NCBI GenBank assembly: GCA_035696925.1
Contig: DASSDW010000078.1
Coordinates: 1-56,761, forward strand
Reading direction: 5' to 3'
Source of the DNA: Actinomycetota bacterium
GTDB lineage: Bacteria; Actinomycetota; UBA4738; HRBIN12
DNA: 56,761 nt
The position numbers were made by a program, and so were the translations under genes. Within the stretch, counting starts at the first letter, position 1; each line of letters starts with the position of its first letter. The notes under the pieces were generated by a model. The model was not told the DNA's origin, ran no database searches, and saw only the letters and a list, made by a program, of their open reading frames with translations. This document shows positions 17,517 to 27,411 of this stretch, in pieces.

Positions 17517-18554
17517 ATGGACAGGCCCACGCCGGGGGCCGACGGGTTCGCGATGCCCGCCGAGTTCGATACACATCAGGCCACCTGGATGTCGTGGCCG
17601 ACCAACCGGTCGCTGTGGGACGGCCATCTCGACGCCGCCCGGGACGAGTGGGCCGCAACGGCTCGCGCCGTCGCCGCCTTCGAACCCGTCGTGATGGTCT
17701 GTAACGACGGTGAAGCGAGCGACGTCCGGCGGCGCTGCGGTGAGGGTGTGGAACCGCTCGAGCTGTCGATCGACGATTCGTGGCTCCGCGACAACGGCCC
17801 CATCTTCGTGCGGAACGAAACAGGTGAGGTGGCGCTCGTCCACTTCGAGTTCAACTCGTGGGGAGAGAAGTACCTGCCCTACGACAAGGACGCGCGGCTC
17901 CCCGAGCTGCTGGCATCGCACTTCGGCATCCGTCGGTACCGAGCGCCGTTCGTCCTCGAAGGGGGCTCGTACTTCGTCGACGGCGAGGGCACGCTGCTGA
18001 CCACGGAGCAATGCCTCCTGCATCCGAACCGGAACCCGTCGATGACGCGTGAAGAGATCGAGGAAGGGCTCCGGTCGTTCCTCGGCGTCGACACCGTGAT
18101 CTGGCTTCCCCACGGGCTCGTCGAGGATCGCGACACCGACGGGCACATCGACGGGCTCGCGCAGCTCATCCGGCCGGGGGTCGTGATGCTCGCGGTCGCC
18201 GCCGGCGACGACGATCCGAACGCTCCACGGTTCGCGGAGGATCGCGCGACCCTCGAGTCTGCGAGGGACGCGGCCGGCCGTTCCTTCGAGGTGTTCGACG
18301 GGCCCGTGAACTCGTGGGCGAATGTCGAAGGGGTCGGGCCGGTCGTGATCCCCTACATGAACCACTACCTGGCGAACGGCGCCGTGATCGTGCCGGTCGG
18401 CGGTGGGCCCGAGGACGAGCCGGCGCTCGAGCTGCTCGGGAAGGCCCACCCGGACCGCGAGGTCGTCGGCGTGCCCGGCGCGACGATCTCCCACGGCGGC
18501 GGCGGGCCGCACTGCATCACCCAGCAGGTGCCCTCGGGGACGTTCGTCAGCTGA
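17517..18554 (+). CDS. aguA: Agmatine deiminase (peptidyl-arginine deiminase family)
   Basis: [34 protein letters not shown], and the catalytic-Cys tail [14 protein letters not shown] prefer the internal ATG at 17517. Confidence 0.85.
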   Translation: MDRPTPGADGFAMPAEFDTHQATWMSWPTNRSLWDGHLDAARDEWAATARAVAAFEPVVMVCNDGEASDVRRRCGEGVEPLELSIDDSWLRDNGPIFVRNETGEVALVHFEFNSWGEKYLPYDKDARLPELLASHFGIRRYRAPFVLEGGSYFVDGEGTLLTTEQCLLHPNRNPSMTREEIEEGLRSFLGVDTVIWLPHGLVEDRDTDGHIDGLAQLIRPGVVMLAVAAGDDDPNAPRFAEDRATLESARDAAGRSFEVFDGPVNSWANVEGVGPVVIPYMNHYLANGAVIVPVGGGPEDEPALELLGKAHPDREVVGVPGATISHGGGGPHCITQQVPSGTFVS

Positions 18555-18873
18555 TCGAGCGGTGGAAGCAGGAGCGCTCGCCCGTGTGGCAGGCGGCACC
18601 CTCCTGGTGGACGCGGGCGAGCAGCACGTCGCCGTCGCAATCGGCCCGGAGCTCCTCCCAGTGTTGGGTGTGACCGGAGCTGTCGCCCTTCCGCCAGAGC
18701 TCCTGCCGCGAACGGCTCCAATAGACCATCCGGCCTTCCGCGATCGTCCGATCGAGTGCCTCGCGGTTCGACCACGCGAACATCAACACGTCGCCGTTCC
18801 CCGCGTCCTGGACGATCACGGGGATCAGCCCCGCGTCGTCGAAGAGCAGCTCGTCGAGCTCGACACGCTCCAT
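18547..18873 (-). CDS. hisI: Phosphoribosyl-AMP cyclohydrolase
   Basis: GLIPVIVQD...[19 protein letters not shown]...DCDGD...CHTGERSCF. Cyclohydrolase domain only (108 aa). Confidence 0.9.
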   Translation of the reverse strand: MERVELDELLFDDAGLIPVIVQDAGNGDVLMFAWSNREALDRTIAEGRMVYWSRSRQELWRKGDSSGHTQHWEELRADCDGDVLLARVHQEGAACHTGERSCFHRSIS

Positions 18874-19632
18874 CTAGAGCCGCACCGGGATCCCACGGGA
18901 GGCGAGGTGTTCCTTGACCTCCCGGATCGTGAGGTCGCCGTCGTGCCAGCGTGACGCGGCGAGGACTGCGTCGGCCCGTCCTTCGGTGAGCGCGTCCGCG
19001 AAGTGCTCGGGGGTCCCGGCGCCGCCCGAGGCCACCACCGGCACCGCGACCGCATCGGCGATCGCGCGCAGCAGCTCGAGGTCGTACCCGTGGCCTGTGC
19101 CGTCGCGGTCCATCGACGTGAGCAGCACCTCGCCGGCGCCGTGCCGTGCCGTCGCCTCGGCCGCCCACTCCACCGCGTCTCGTCCCGCGGGCGTGTGCCC
19201 CGCATCGACGAAGACGTCCCATCCGTCGCCTCGGCGCTTCGCATCGATCGCGACGACCATGCACTGGGTGCCGAACCGGTCGGCGCACCGTGAAAGGAGC
19301 GACGGGTCGCGCACGGCCGCCGTGTTCACGCTGACCTTGTCGGCCCCCGCACGCAGGAGCGCGTCCACGTCGTCGTCCGTGCGGACCCCGCCGCCCACGG
19401 TGAGGGGGATGAAGACCTCCTCGGCGGTGCGGGAGACGACGTCGAGGGTGGCCTTCCGGTCCTCCAGCGTCGCGGTGATGTCGAGGAAGACGAGCTCGTC
19501 GGCGCCCGCCCGGTCGTAGTGCGCCGCCAGCTGGACAGGGCCGCCCGCGTCGCGCAGCTCCTGGAACCGCACGCCCTTGACGACCCGTCCGGCATCGACG
19601 TCGAGGCAGGGGATCACCCGCTTCGCGAGCAT
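18874..19632 (-). CDS. hisF: Imidazole glycerol phosphate synthase, cyclase subunit
   Basis: [12 protein letters not shown]...VKGVRF...[11 protein letters not shown]. Abuts hisI with no gap. Confidence 0.92.
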   Translation of the reverse strand: MLAKRVIPCLDVDAGRVVKGVRFQELRDAGGPVQLAAHYDRAGADELVFLDITATLEDRKATLDVVSRTAEEVFIPLTVGGGVRTDDDVDALLRAGADKVSVNTAAVRDPSLLSRCADRFGTQCMVVAIDAKRRGDGWDVFVDAGHTPAGRDAVEWAAEATARHGAGEVLLTSMDRDGTGHGYDLELLRAIADAVAVPVVASGGAGTPEHFADALTEGRADAVLAASRWHDGDLTIREVKEHLASRGIPVRL

Positions 19633-19636
19633 CCGG

Positions 19637-20338
19637 TCACCCCCTCGTCACCTGCGACAGCTTCAACGTCTTCTCGTAGAGCGCCTTCCCCGCGACCGTG
19701 GCCTCGCAGCCGATCTCGCGGAGCGCCCACACGTCGTCGGCGTTGCGGACGCCGCCGGACGCGATCACCGGGCGGTCGGTCAGCTTCAGCACGTGCTTGT
19801 AGAGGGTGAGGTCGGGGCCCTCGAGCGTGCCGTCCCGCGCGATCGCGGTCACCAGGTAGCGAGGGGCGCCGGCGTCGTTCAGTCCCGAGAGCGCCGTCTC
19901 GAGCTCCGGGCCCTCCTCGCGCCAGCCGTCGATCATCAGGTGGCCTCCGCGGACGTCCAACGCGACCACCACGCGTTCGGCGAACTCCTCGACCGCCCGA
20001 CCGACGAACGTGACGTCCGCCGCCGCCGCCGTCCCCAGGATCGCCCTGGCCGCGCCGTCCTCGAGCACCGCTCCGGCCGCCTCGAGCGAGCGGATCCCCC
20101 CGCCGACCTGGACAGGCACGACCACGGCACGGCAGATGTCCCGGATCGCCTCGCGGTTGTCGCCCTCCCCCAGCGCGGCGTCGAGGTCGATCACGTGCAG
20201 TCGGCGCGCACCTTCCTCCTGGAACCGTTCCGCCACCTCGACCGGCCGATCGGCGTACGCGGTCTCTTCGCTCGGGTCGCCTCGCCGCAGCCGCACGGCC
20301 CGCCCCCCGCGCAGGTCGATCGCCGGGATCACGATCAT
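19637..20338 (-). CDS. hisA: ProFAR isomerase (HisA; could be a PriA-type bifunctional enzyme)
   Basis: [17 protein letters not shown]...VQVGGGIRS. Confidence 0.88.
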   Translation of the reverse strand: MIVIPAIDLRGGRAVRLRRGDPSEETAYADRPVEVAERFQEEGARRLHVIDLDAALGEGDNREAIRDICRAVVVPVQVGGGIRSLEAAGAVLEDGAARAILGTAAAADVTFVGRAVEEFAERVVVALDVRGGHLMIDGWREEGPELETALSGLNDAGAPRYLVTAIARDGTLEGPDLTLYKHVLKLTDRPVIASGGVRNADDVWALREIGCEATVAGKALYEKTLKLSQVTRG

Positions 20339-20940
20339 CGCGAGACCGCCTTCACGAAGTTCGCGTAGATCGCGAGGCCGGCCGCACCCGACTTCTCCGG
20401 ATGGAACTGGGTCGCGAAGACGTGGTCACGAGTCGCCGCCGCCGCGAACCGCCTCCCGTGCTCGGTCACGCCCACGGCGTCCTCGTTCTCCTCGGGCGCG
20501 TAGGAATGGACGAAGTAGAACCTCGTTCCGTCGGCGATCCCCTCGACGTACGGGTGGGGACGGATCCACGCGACCTCGTTCCATCCGATGTGCGGCACCT
20601 TGACCTCAGGCGGAAGTCGGCGGGATCCTCCGGCGAGGACGCCCAGCCCCGCCTCGGGGTCCTCCTCGCTGCGCTCGAGCAGCACCTGCATCCCGACGCA
20701 GACACCGAAGATCGGCGTGCCACGGCCGATCGCGTCCTGCACCGCGGTGTCGAGCCCGAGCGACCTGATCGCCCGGACGCAGTGACCGAAATGCCCGACC
20801 CCCGGGATCACGAGGGCGTCGGCGACTGCGATCCTGGCGGGGTCGCGCGTCACCACCGGCTCCCCGCCGGCGTGCGCGAGCGCGCGGGATACCGAGTGGA
20901 GGTTCCCGCTGCCGTAGTCGAGCACGGCGATCTCGGCCAC
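20335..20940 (-). CDS. hisH: Imidazole glycerol phosphate synthase, glutaminase subunit
   Basis: IAVLDYGSGNLHSVSRAL, the catalytic GVCVGMQ, and FHPEKS. I prefer GTG at 20940, 5 nt after the hisB stop, over the long ORF-track N-terminus. Confidence 0.88.
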   Translation of the reverse strand: MAEIAVLDYGSGNLHSVSRALAHAGGEPVVTRDPARIAVADALVIPGVGHFGHCVRAIRSLGLDTAVQDAIGRGTPIFGVCVGMQVLLERSEEDPEAGLGVLAGGSRRLPPEVKVPHIGWNEVAWIRPHPYVEGIADGTRFYFVHSYAPEENEDAVGVTEHGRRFAAAATRDHVFATQFHPEKSGAAGLAIYANFVKAVSR

Positions 20941-20945
20941 GGTCC

Positions 20946-21530
20946 CTACAGCGTTCCCTTCGTGCTCGGGACGTCTCCCGATCCGGTCAGCGCGCACGCG
21001 TCGCCGAGGGCCTTCGCGAGCGCCTTGAACTCCGCCTCCACCACGTGATGCGGCGAACGGCCGGATCGCAGCCGGACGTGCACGGTGAGGTCGGCGGCCT
21101 GCGCGAACGCACGCACGAAGTCCTCGACGAGGCCCGTGTCGAACGAGCCGATCGTCTCGGCCGGCACGTCCACGTCGTGGACGACGAAGTTCCGGCCGGA
21201 CAGATCCAGGGCCACCTCCACGGCGGCCTCGTCCAGCGGGACGACGATCGAGGCGAACCGACGGATCCCGGCCTTGTCGCCGAGCGCCTCCGCGAGCGCC
21301 TGACCGATCGCGAGCCCGACGTCCTCCACGGTGTGATGCCCGTCGACCTCGAGATCTCCCGAGCACGTCACCGAGAGGTCCCAGCTCGCGTGCTTCCCGA
21401 GCTGCTGCAGCATGTGATCGAAGAACGGCAGGCCGGTCGCGATCTCGGTGGCGCCGGCGCCGTCGAGCGCGAGCTCGACGGTGACGTTCGTCTCCTTCGT
21501 GGTCCGCGCGACGGCGCCGACGCGCCCCAT
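20946..21530 (-). CDS. hisB: Imidazoleglycerol-phosphate dehydratase
   Basis: RTTKETNVTVELALDG, FFDHML, DGHHTVED. Confidence 0.92.
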   Translation of the reverse strand: MGRVGAVARTTKETNVTVELALDGAGATEIATGLPFFDHMLQQLGKHASWDLSVTCSGDLEVDGHHTVEDVGLAIGQALAEALGDKAGIRRFASIVVPLDEAAVEVALDLSGRNFVVHDVDVPAETIGSFDTGLVEDFVRAFAQAADLTVHVRLRSGRSPHHVVEAEFKALAKALGDACALTGSGDVPSTKGTL

Positions 21531-22585
21531 CAGGCCAGCACCTCCTCGAGCGACTTCAGGAACAGATCGACCTCGTGCGCCGTGCCGGCCGTCACGCGCA
21601 GCGCGTTCGGGACCACGCCGCTGAGATCGCGGATCAGCACGCCCCGGTCGAGCAGCGCCCGCCAGGTCGTCTTCGCGTCACCCGGCGGCTGGAACAGGAC
21701 GAAGTTCGCCTGGGACGGGAAGACCGTGGCGCCGTCGATCCGCGAGAGCGTGTCGACGAGCCGGTCCCGCTGCTCGCGGATCGCGACGACGCTCGCGGCG
21801 GCCTCGTCGGCGTGGCGGAGAGCCGTGACCCCGGCGGCCTGGGTGAGCGCGCTCAGGTGGTACGGGAGCCGGACGCGACGGAGATCCTCCACGAGCGTGG
21901 GGGAGGCGAGCACGTAGCCGATCCGCGCACCGGCGAGCGCGAACGCCTTGGAGAAGGTGCGCACCACCGCCACGTTGGCATGATCGGTGACGAGCGGCAG
22001 CGCGCTCTCGCCCCCGAAGTCGCCGTAGGCCTCGTCGACGATCACGAGGCCGTCCGTGGCCGCCGCCAGGGCGCCGATCGTGTCGAGCGTCTGGGCGGTC
22101 CCGGTGGGGTTGTTGGGAGAGCACACGAAGACGACGTCGAGGGCCGCGTCGTGCGCCCACGCGATGTCCTCGTCCCCGATCCGGAACGGCTGGTCGAGGC
22201 GCCGTTCGGCGAGCTCGGTCTGTGTGAGCCAGCACAAGCGCCGGTGCAGCACGTAGGTCGGCTCGAACACGACCGCGCTCCGGCCGGGACCCCCGTAGGC
22301 CTGCAGGAGCTGCGTGAGCACCTCGTTCGAGCCGTTCGCCGGCCAGATTCCTTCGGCGGGGTGACCGGTCCGGGTGGCGAGCGCGTCGCGGAGGGCCGTC
22401 ATCTCCCCCTCGGGATAGCGGTTGAGCGACAGGTCGCGCACCGCCGCGGCGAGGTCCTCCGAGAAGGCCGCGGGCAGGGGCACGGGGCACTCGTTCGCGT
22501 TCAGCCGCACGGCGACTTCGAGCTGCGGAGAATCGTAGGGCCCGACCTCGCGGAGGCCGGGCCGGGGTGATGGCGATGTGCTCAC
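21530..22585 (-). CDS. hisC: Histidinol-phosphate aminotransferase
   Basis: RLNANECP, and the PLP lysine context TFSKAFALAGARIGY. GTG at 22585 overlaps the hisD stop (GTGA). Confidence 0.88.
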   Translation of the reverse strand: MSTSPSPRPGLREVGPYDSPQLEVAVRLNANECPVPLPAAFSEDLAAAVRDLSLNRYPEGEMTALRDALATRTGHPAEGIWPANGSNEVLTQLLQAYGGPGRSAVVFEPTYVLHRRLCWLTQTELAERRLDQPFRIGDEDIAWAHDAALDVVFVCSPNNPTGTAQTLDTIGALAAATDGLVIVDEAYGDFGGESALPLVTDHANVAVVRTFSKAFALAGARIGYVLASPTLVEDLRRVRLPYHLSALTQAAGVTALRHADEAAASVVAIREQRDRLVDTLSRIDGATVFPSQANFVLFQPPGDAKTTWRALLDRGVLIRDLSGVVPNALRVTAGTAHEVDLFLKSLEEVLA

Positions 22586-23859
22586 GCGCGACCCCTCCGA
22601 GCCTCCACCGCCTTCGCGTGGCCGACCAGCCCCTCCGCATTCGCGATCACCGCAGCGGCAGGCGCGTGCTGCGCGGCGGCGGTGCGCGACATCCGGACGA
22701 CCGATCGGACCGTGACGTAGTCGGAGGCTCGGAGGCCGGAGGAGAAGCGGGCCGTTCCCGACGTCGGCAGGACGTGGTTCGAGGCCACCCCGTAGTCGCC
22801 GAACGGGACCGCGCTCCATTCCCCGAGGAAGATCGCCCCCGCGACCGACACGGTCTCCAGGAACGCGTCGGCGTCGGGGAGGAGGATCAGCAGGTGTTCG
22901 GGGGCGAGATCGTCGACGACGGCCGCTGCCTGCTCCAGGTCCCGGACGAGGACGCCGCGCGACGCGGCGAGCGCGGCGTCGACGATCTCGCGGCGGCCCG
23001 CTTCCGCGACGAGCTGCTCGAGCGCGGACCCGACCTTCGCGATCACGGGCTCGTCCGTGGTGATCAGGTACGTCCGCGCGAGCGGGTCGTGCTCCGCCTG
23101 CGCGATCAGGTCGAGGGCCACGAGCTCGGGGTCGACGTCGCCGTCCGTGACGATCGCGAGCTCACTCGGTCCGGCGAGGGCGTCGATCCCGACGGTCCCG
23201 CAGAGCTGCCGCTTCGCCTCCGTCACGTAGGCGTTGCCGGGGCCCACGATCCGGTCGACCTGAGGGATCGTCTCGGTCCCGTACGCCATCGCGGCGATCG
23301 CCTGCGCCCCACCGGTCTTCGCGACGTATGTCGCGCCGGCGCGCTTCGCCGCGTAGAGGACCGCGGGGTGGATCGTTCCGTCGGCGCGCGGCGGCGTGCA
23401 GAGCACGATCTCGGGTACGCCCGCGACGACCGCGGGCACCACCGTCATGCAGACCGACGAGGGGTACCGGGCGCGCCCGCCGGGGACGTAGCAGCCGACG
23501 GCTCGGATCGGTCGGACGATCTCGCCGTAACGGACCCCGTCGGACTCCTGCCACCATCCGGTCGGGAGCTGCCGGGAGTGGAGATCGCGCAACCGTTCGA
23601 TCAGCGCGTCGAGTGCCCGTTTGAGATCGCCGGGTGTCTCGTGCTCGGCCACGGCGAACTCCTCGCGTCGCACCATCAGGCCGCTCTGGGACAGGTCGGC
23701 CTCGTCGAAGCGCTGCGCGAGCTCGACGAGGACCTCGTCGCCCTCCACGAAGACGCGTTGCAGGATCCGCTGCACGGTCTCGGAGACGGTGGGATCGATC
23801 TCGGGCCTGACGGCTTCGAGACGGTCCCCCCGCTCTCGCAGGTCCAGGAGGTCGAGCAC
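22582..23859 (-). CDS. hisD: Histidinol dehydrogenase
   Basis: 425 aa with YVPGGRARYPSSV, IAQAEHDP, HVLPTSGTARF. GTG start at 23859. Confidence 0.92.
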   Translation of the reverse strand: MLDLLDLRERGDRLEAVRPEIDPTVSETVQRILQRVFVEGDEVLVELAQRFDEADLSQSGLMVRREEFAVAEHETPGDLKRALDALIERLRDLHSRQLPTGWWQESDGVRYGEIVRPIRAVGCYVPGGRARYPSSVCMTVVPAVVAGVPEIVLCTPPRADGTIHPAVLYAAKRAGATYVAKTGGAQAIAAMAYGTETIPQVDRIVGPGNAYVTEAKRQLCGTVGIDALAGPSELAIVTDGDVDPELVALDLIAQAEHDPLARTYLITTDEPVIAKVGSALEQLVAEAGRREIVDAALAASRGVLVRDLEQAAAVVDDLAPEHLLILLPDADAFLETVSVAGAIFLGEWSAVPFGDYGVASNHVLPTSGTARFSSGLRASDYVTVRSVVRMSRTAAAQHAPAAAVIANAEGLVGHAKAVEARRGRA

Positions 23860-23860
23860 G

Positions 23861-24010
23861 TCAGGGACCTTCGGTCGCGTCGGCGCGCTGATGGATCGCC
23901 CCGGCCGGGCGGCGGTCCCGGATCAGGATCACCCACCCGCTGATGCCGATCGCGAGCGAGCTTGCGATCAGCATCCCGAGCGCGACGAGCAACGCGGTTT
24001 CCCGGTCCAT
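23861..24010 (-). CDS. 49-aa single-pass membrane microprotein immediately upstream of hisD
   Basis: ATG at 24010. Sequence is MDRETALLVALGMLIASSLAIGISGWVILIRDRRPAGAIHQRADATEGP. By hand count, 44 of 49 third positions are G/C. The stop lies 1 nt before the hisD GTG, and there is no SD directly upstream. Confidence 0.45.
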   Translation of the reverse strand: MDRETALLVALGMLIASSLAIGISGWVILIRDRRPAGAIHQRADATEGP

Positions 24011-24078
24011 GCGAGCCGGAAGGGTACTGGAACGCGCAACCCTTTCGACCTCCTTGGCGATCGCGTCCGACGAGCGGC

Positions 24079-25680
24079 TCAGCTGGCTTCGCCGGCGCTG
24101 CGTTTCGCCTGGGTACGGCGCTCCGCTTCGAGTCGTTCCAGATCCACGTCCTCGTAGCTCATGTAGTTGAACGAGGCCCCGATCGACGGGTGGACCTCCG
24201 TGATCAACCGATGCATCGCTTGCGCGACACGTCGATACGTCGGGTGCCCCTGCGGCTGCGACCGGAGCTCCGTCAGGTGCATCGCTTCCCGGGCCGTCAT
24301 CTGCATCACGAACCGGATCCGGAACGCCATCGGCACCGCGTACTGGGCCACGTCGTCGAAGCCAGCCACCGCGAGCGCGCCCTCCATCGCCCGGCCGGCA
24401 TCCATCACGCGATCCCACCGATCGCGGAGCCCGGCCTCGTCGATCTCGTCCGGCGTCGCGTGGCCGTGCTCGCTCGTCAGCCGTTGCCACTCGATCGTGA
24501 GCGGACGGTGCCGCTGCAGGTCGCGGAACGCCCCGTAGTCGCACAACACGTCGAAGCGGTACCCGGTGCGCTCCCACGCGCGACCGGGCTTGTGGCGTCG
24601 GTTCGAGCGGTCGCCCACGCTGGCCCGCAACAGCTCTTCGCGCTCGTCGGGCGACATCGACCGGACGAGCCCGAGGAGCTGGTCATCGGGGAGGCCGGTG
24701 CTCGCGTACAGGACGGCGGCCGCGACCTTCCCTTCACCCTCGGGATCGAAGTCCACGAGGGTGACCTCCTCACGTGGCTCGGCCTGGACGTCGCCCGCGA
24801 GCTTGGCGGCGAGGTCCCCCACACCCTCGTGGGTTCCCCGCCAGTACCGAGCCCAGGCGACCCCTCGGTCCTCGACGTCCACGCGTTTCAGGAACGCCGG
24901 GATCACCTTCCGGAGCTCCTCGAGCATCAGCGCGCCGTACTCGCGCATCTCCGCGAGCGGGTGCACCGAGAGGCGCATCAGCAGCTGCTCGTAGGACTGC
25001 GCGGTCGCGAAGATCCCCACGTTGGAACGGGTGGCGGCCGGCAGGCACACCCGGAGCGTGTCGCACGTCTTCGCGGTGATCGTCGAGCGGTACACGAAGT
25101 CGGAGTCGCTCGGCGCCTGCGGGAACCGCCGCTCGTACCACTCGTACATCGGCGGGAACATCGCGCCGTAGAGGCCGAAGACCTCGTCGAGGTAGGTCTC
25201 GTACCGGTGCTCCAGCTCGGTGTCCTCGATCTCCGGCGGCACGGTCGCGCGCCAGCGCCCGCCGGGCTGGTCGTCGTAGCGCATGTACCGGGTCGACTGC
25301 TCGAGGTAGGCGGCGAGGCGGCCCCACTCCAACGCCTTCGCGAGCGGCTGCGACGCCTGCTCGCACGCGAGGTGGACGCCGCCGAGCTGGGCGACGGAGT
25401 CGTCACCGAACTCGACGAACACCCGGTCGTACAGCTTCTCGGCCCGCTCGACGCCGACGCTCGTCATCTCGCCGCCTTCGTCGAGGTCCTCCGCGAACTC
25501 GTCGAGGAAGAGGCGGCGGAGCGACTTCGTCGTGCGCGAATAGCGAGCGAACAGGGCTCCCTTCACGACCTCCGGCAGATTCACGAGCGCGAACACCGGA
25601 CCCTCGAGGTTCGTGAAGAACCGGGAGAGGATCGTGCGCTGGTCCTCGGTGAAGCCCTCGGTCGCGAACCAGAGGCTCAC
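24079..25680 (-). CDS. Tandem-domain ThyX-like protein (FAD-dependent thymidylate synthase family, about 533 aa)
   Basis: GTG at 25680 overlaps the pknB stop (GTGA). N-terminus is FFTNLEGPVFALVNLPEVVKGALFARYSR. The first half carries WGRLAAYLEQSTRY and the second half FRDLQRHRPLT, which are the two halves of the ThyX RHRxxS...SxRY signature. Confidence 0.7.
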   Translation of the reverse strand: MSLWFATEGFTEDQRTILSRFFTNLEGPVFALVNLPEVVKGALFARYSRTTKSLRRLFLDEFAEDLDEGGEMTSVGVERAEKLYDRVFVEFGDDSVAQLGGVHLACEQASQPLAKALEWGRLAAYLEQSTRYMRYDDQPGGRWRATVPPEIEDTELEHRYETYLDEVFGLYGAMFPPMYEWYERRFPQAPSDSDFVYRSTITAKTCDTLRVCLPAATRSNVGIFATAQSYEQLLMRLSVHPLAEMREYGALMLEELRKVIPAFLKRVDVEDRGVAWARYWRGTHEGVGDLAAKLAGDVQAEPREEVTLVDFDPEGEGKVAAAVLYASTGLPDDQLLGLVRSMSPDEREELLRASVGDRSNRRHKPGRAWERTGYRFDVLCDYGAFRDLQRHRPLTIEWQRLTSEHGHATPDEIDEAGLRDRWDRVMDAGRAMEGALAVAGFDDVAQYAVPMAFRIRFVMQMTAREAMHLTELRSQPQGHPTYRRVAQAMHRLITEVHPSIGASFNYMSYEDVDLERLEAERRTQAKRSAGEAS

Positions 25681-27371
25681 GGCGACGGGGAATCCGTGGG
25701 CGAGGGTGAGGGTGAGGGTGACGCGACCATCCCCTGGTGCAACAGGATCACCGTCCCCGGGTCCACAGCCGTCCCGGCCGGCGTGTCCTGCTGCGCGACG
25801 TTGATGGGGTTCGGGCATTCCGGCCGCGGCAAGACGGGATCGCCGAGTTCGGCGATGAGCCCGAGGCCTTCCAGCTGCGCCTTGGCGCTCGCGTAGCTCC
25901 GGCACGTCACATCCGGCACGATCACGACAGAGGGACCCGCGGAGACGACGACGTTCACCGGAGTCTCCTCGGGCACCTCCTCACCGGCCGCCGGGTCCTG
26001 GCTGATGATCTGGCCCTCGGGAACCGACTGGTCGTTCTGCTCGGTCTGTTGGCCGAGGACGAGCCCGGCCGTCTCCAGCGCGGCTTCGGCATCCGTGACG
26101 CTCAGGCCCGTCACCGAGGGAACCTCGACGGTCTTCGGGCCGGATGAGAACACCAGGTCGACGGCACTGCCCGCCTCGACCTGTCGGTCGGCCGGAGGAT
26201 CCTGTTCGATCACTCGACCGGCCGGTTCCTCGTCCGAGGCACGTCGCGTCCTGTTCCCCATGATCAAGCCAGCCTCGTCGAGCTGCTGTTGCGCCTGGAG
26301 CCGCGTGAGTCCGAGGACGTTCGGGACCGCGACCATCTCGCCACCGCCGTCGTCGGTGAGCATCGTGACCGCGAGGTACGCCCCGGCCGCGAGCAGCGCC
26401 ATGATCAGGACGGCGAGGAGGGCGGCCACCCATGGCTTCCGCGGCGTGTCCCCATCTCGCTCCTGTGGCGGGAGGACCGACGTCGGTTGCGGACGCGAGA
26501 TCACCTGGGTGGCCTCGCCGCCGGCCGGGAGCAGCGGCGTGGCCAACACCTGGCCGCCGGTCCGCGCCCGCTCGAGGTCCTCCGCGAACTCCTGTCCGGT
26601 CTGATATCGATTCGCCGGGTTCTTCGACAGCGCGCGCATCACGACGGCATCCAGCTCGGGTGGGACGTCCGGGTTGGCGGACGACGGCGCCGGAGGGTTC
26701 GCGTTCACGTGCTTGTAGGCGATCGCCATGGGCGAGTCGCCCGTGAACGGCGGCCGCCCGGTCAGCATCTCGTAGAGGACGACGCCCAGGGCGTAGATGT
26801 CGCTCCGCGCATCCACGGAGTGTCCCTGCGCCTGCTCGGGGGACAGGTAGGACGCCGTGCCGAGGACCGCGGACGTCTGCGGTGCCGTCTCCGGGCCGCT
26901 GATCAGCCGCGCGATCCCGAAGTCCATCACGAGGACCTTGCCCTCGCGCGTGATCATCACGTTGGCAGGCTTGATGTCGCGGTGGATCACGCCCTGGGCA
27001 TGCGCGGCGCCGAGCGACTCCGCGATCTCCTGCGCGATCGTCGCGGCCTGCTTCGGGGGGAGCGTCTTGCCCGACCCGAGGAAGTCGGCGAGCGTCTTCC
27101 CCTCGATGTACTCCATCACGATGTAGGGCGTGTCGCCGTCGCCGCCGGAGTCGTAGACGGAGACGATCCCCGGATGGTTCAGTCGAGCAGCCGCCTGCGC
27201 CTCACGGCGGAAGCGTTCGACGAAGCTCGCGTCCCGCGCGAACTGCGGCAGGAGCGTCTTGATCGCGACGGTCCGGTTGAGGACCCGGTCGTGGCCGCGC
27301 CACACCTCAGCCATGCCGCCGGCGCCGAGCGGGGCCTCCACCTCGTACCGATCCCCGAAGATCCGCTCCAT
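25677..27371 (-). CDS. pknB: Ser/Thr protein kinase with three extracellular PASTA domains
   Basis: GAGGMAEVW...AIKTL, HRDIKPANVMI, DFGIAR, a TM helix, then three V-P-x-V-x-G...A...L...GL PASTA repeats and an SP-rich tail. Confidence 0.9.
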   Translation of the reverse strand: MERIFGDRYEVEAPLGAGGMAEVWRGHDRVLNRTVAIKTLLPQFARDASFVERFRREAQAAARLNHPGIVSVYDSGGDGDTPYIVMEYIEGKTLADFLGSGKTLPPKQAATIAQEIAESLGAAHAQGVIHRDIKPANVMITREGKVLVMDFGIARLISGPETAPQTSAVLGTASYLSPEQAQGHSVDARSDIYALGVVLYEMLTGRPPFTGDSPMAIAYKHVNANPPAPSSANPDVPPELDAVVMRALSKNPANRYQTGQEFAEDLERARTGGQVLATPLLPAGGEATQVISRPQPTSVLPPQERDGDTPRKPWVAALLAVLIMALLAAGAYLAVTMLTDDGGGEMVAVPNVLGLTRLQAQQQLDEAGLIMGNRTRRASDEEPAGRVIEQDPPADRQVEAGSAVDLVFSSGPKTVEVPSVTGLSVTDAEAALETAGLVLGQQTEQNDQSVPEGQIISQDPAAGEEVPEETPVNVVVSAGPSVVIVPDVTCRSYASAKAQLEGLGLIAELGDPVLPRPECPNPINVAQQDTPAGTAVDPGTVILLHQGMVASPSPSPSPTDSPSP

Positions 27372-27411
27372 GTGCTCCTTCCTACGCCCTTGGCCTACCT
27401 CAGCGGGTCGC

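Noticed and set aside
24011-24078. Histidine-codon leader peptide or T-box attenuator upstream of hisD
   Set aside because: The only short ORF with an SD has no His codons, and I saw no T-box specifier/antiterminator pattern. I kept it only as a generic uORF possibility.
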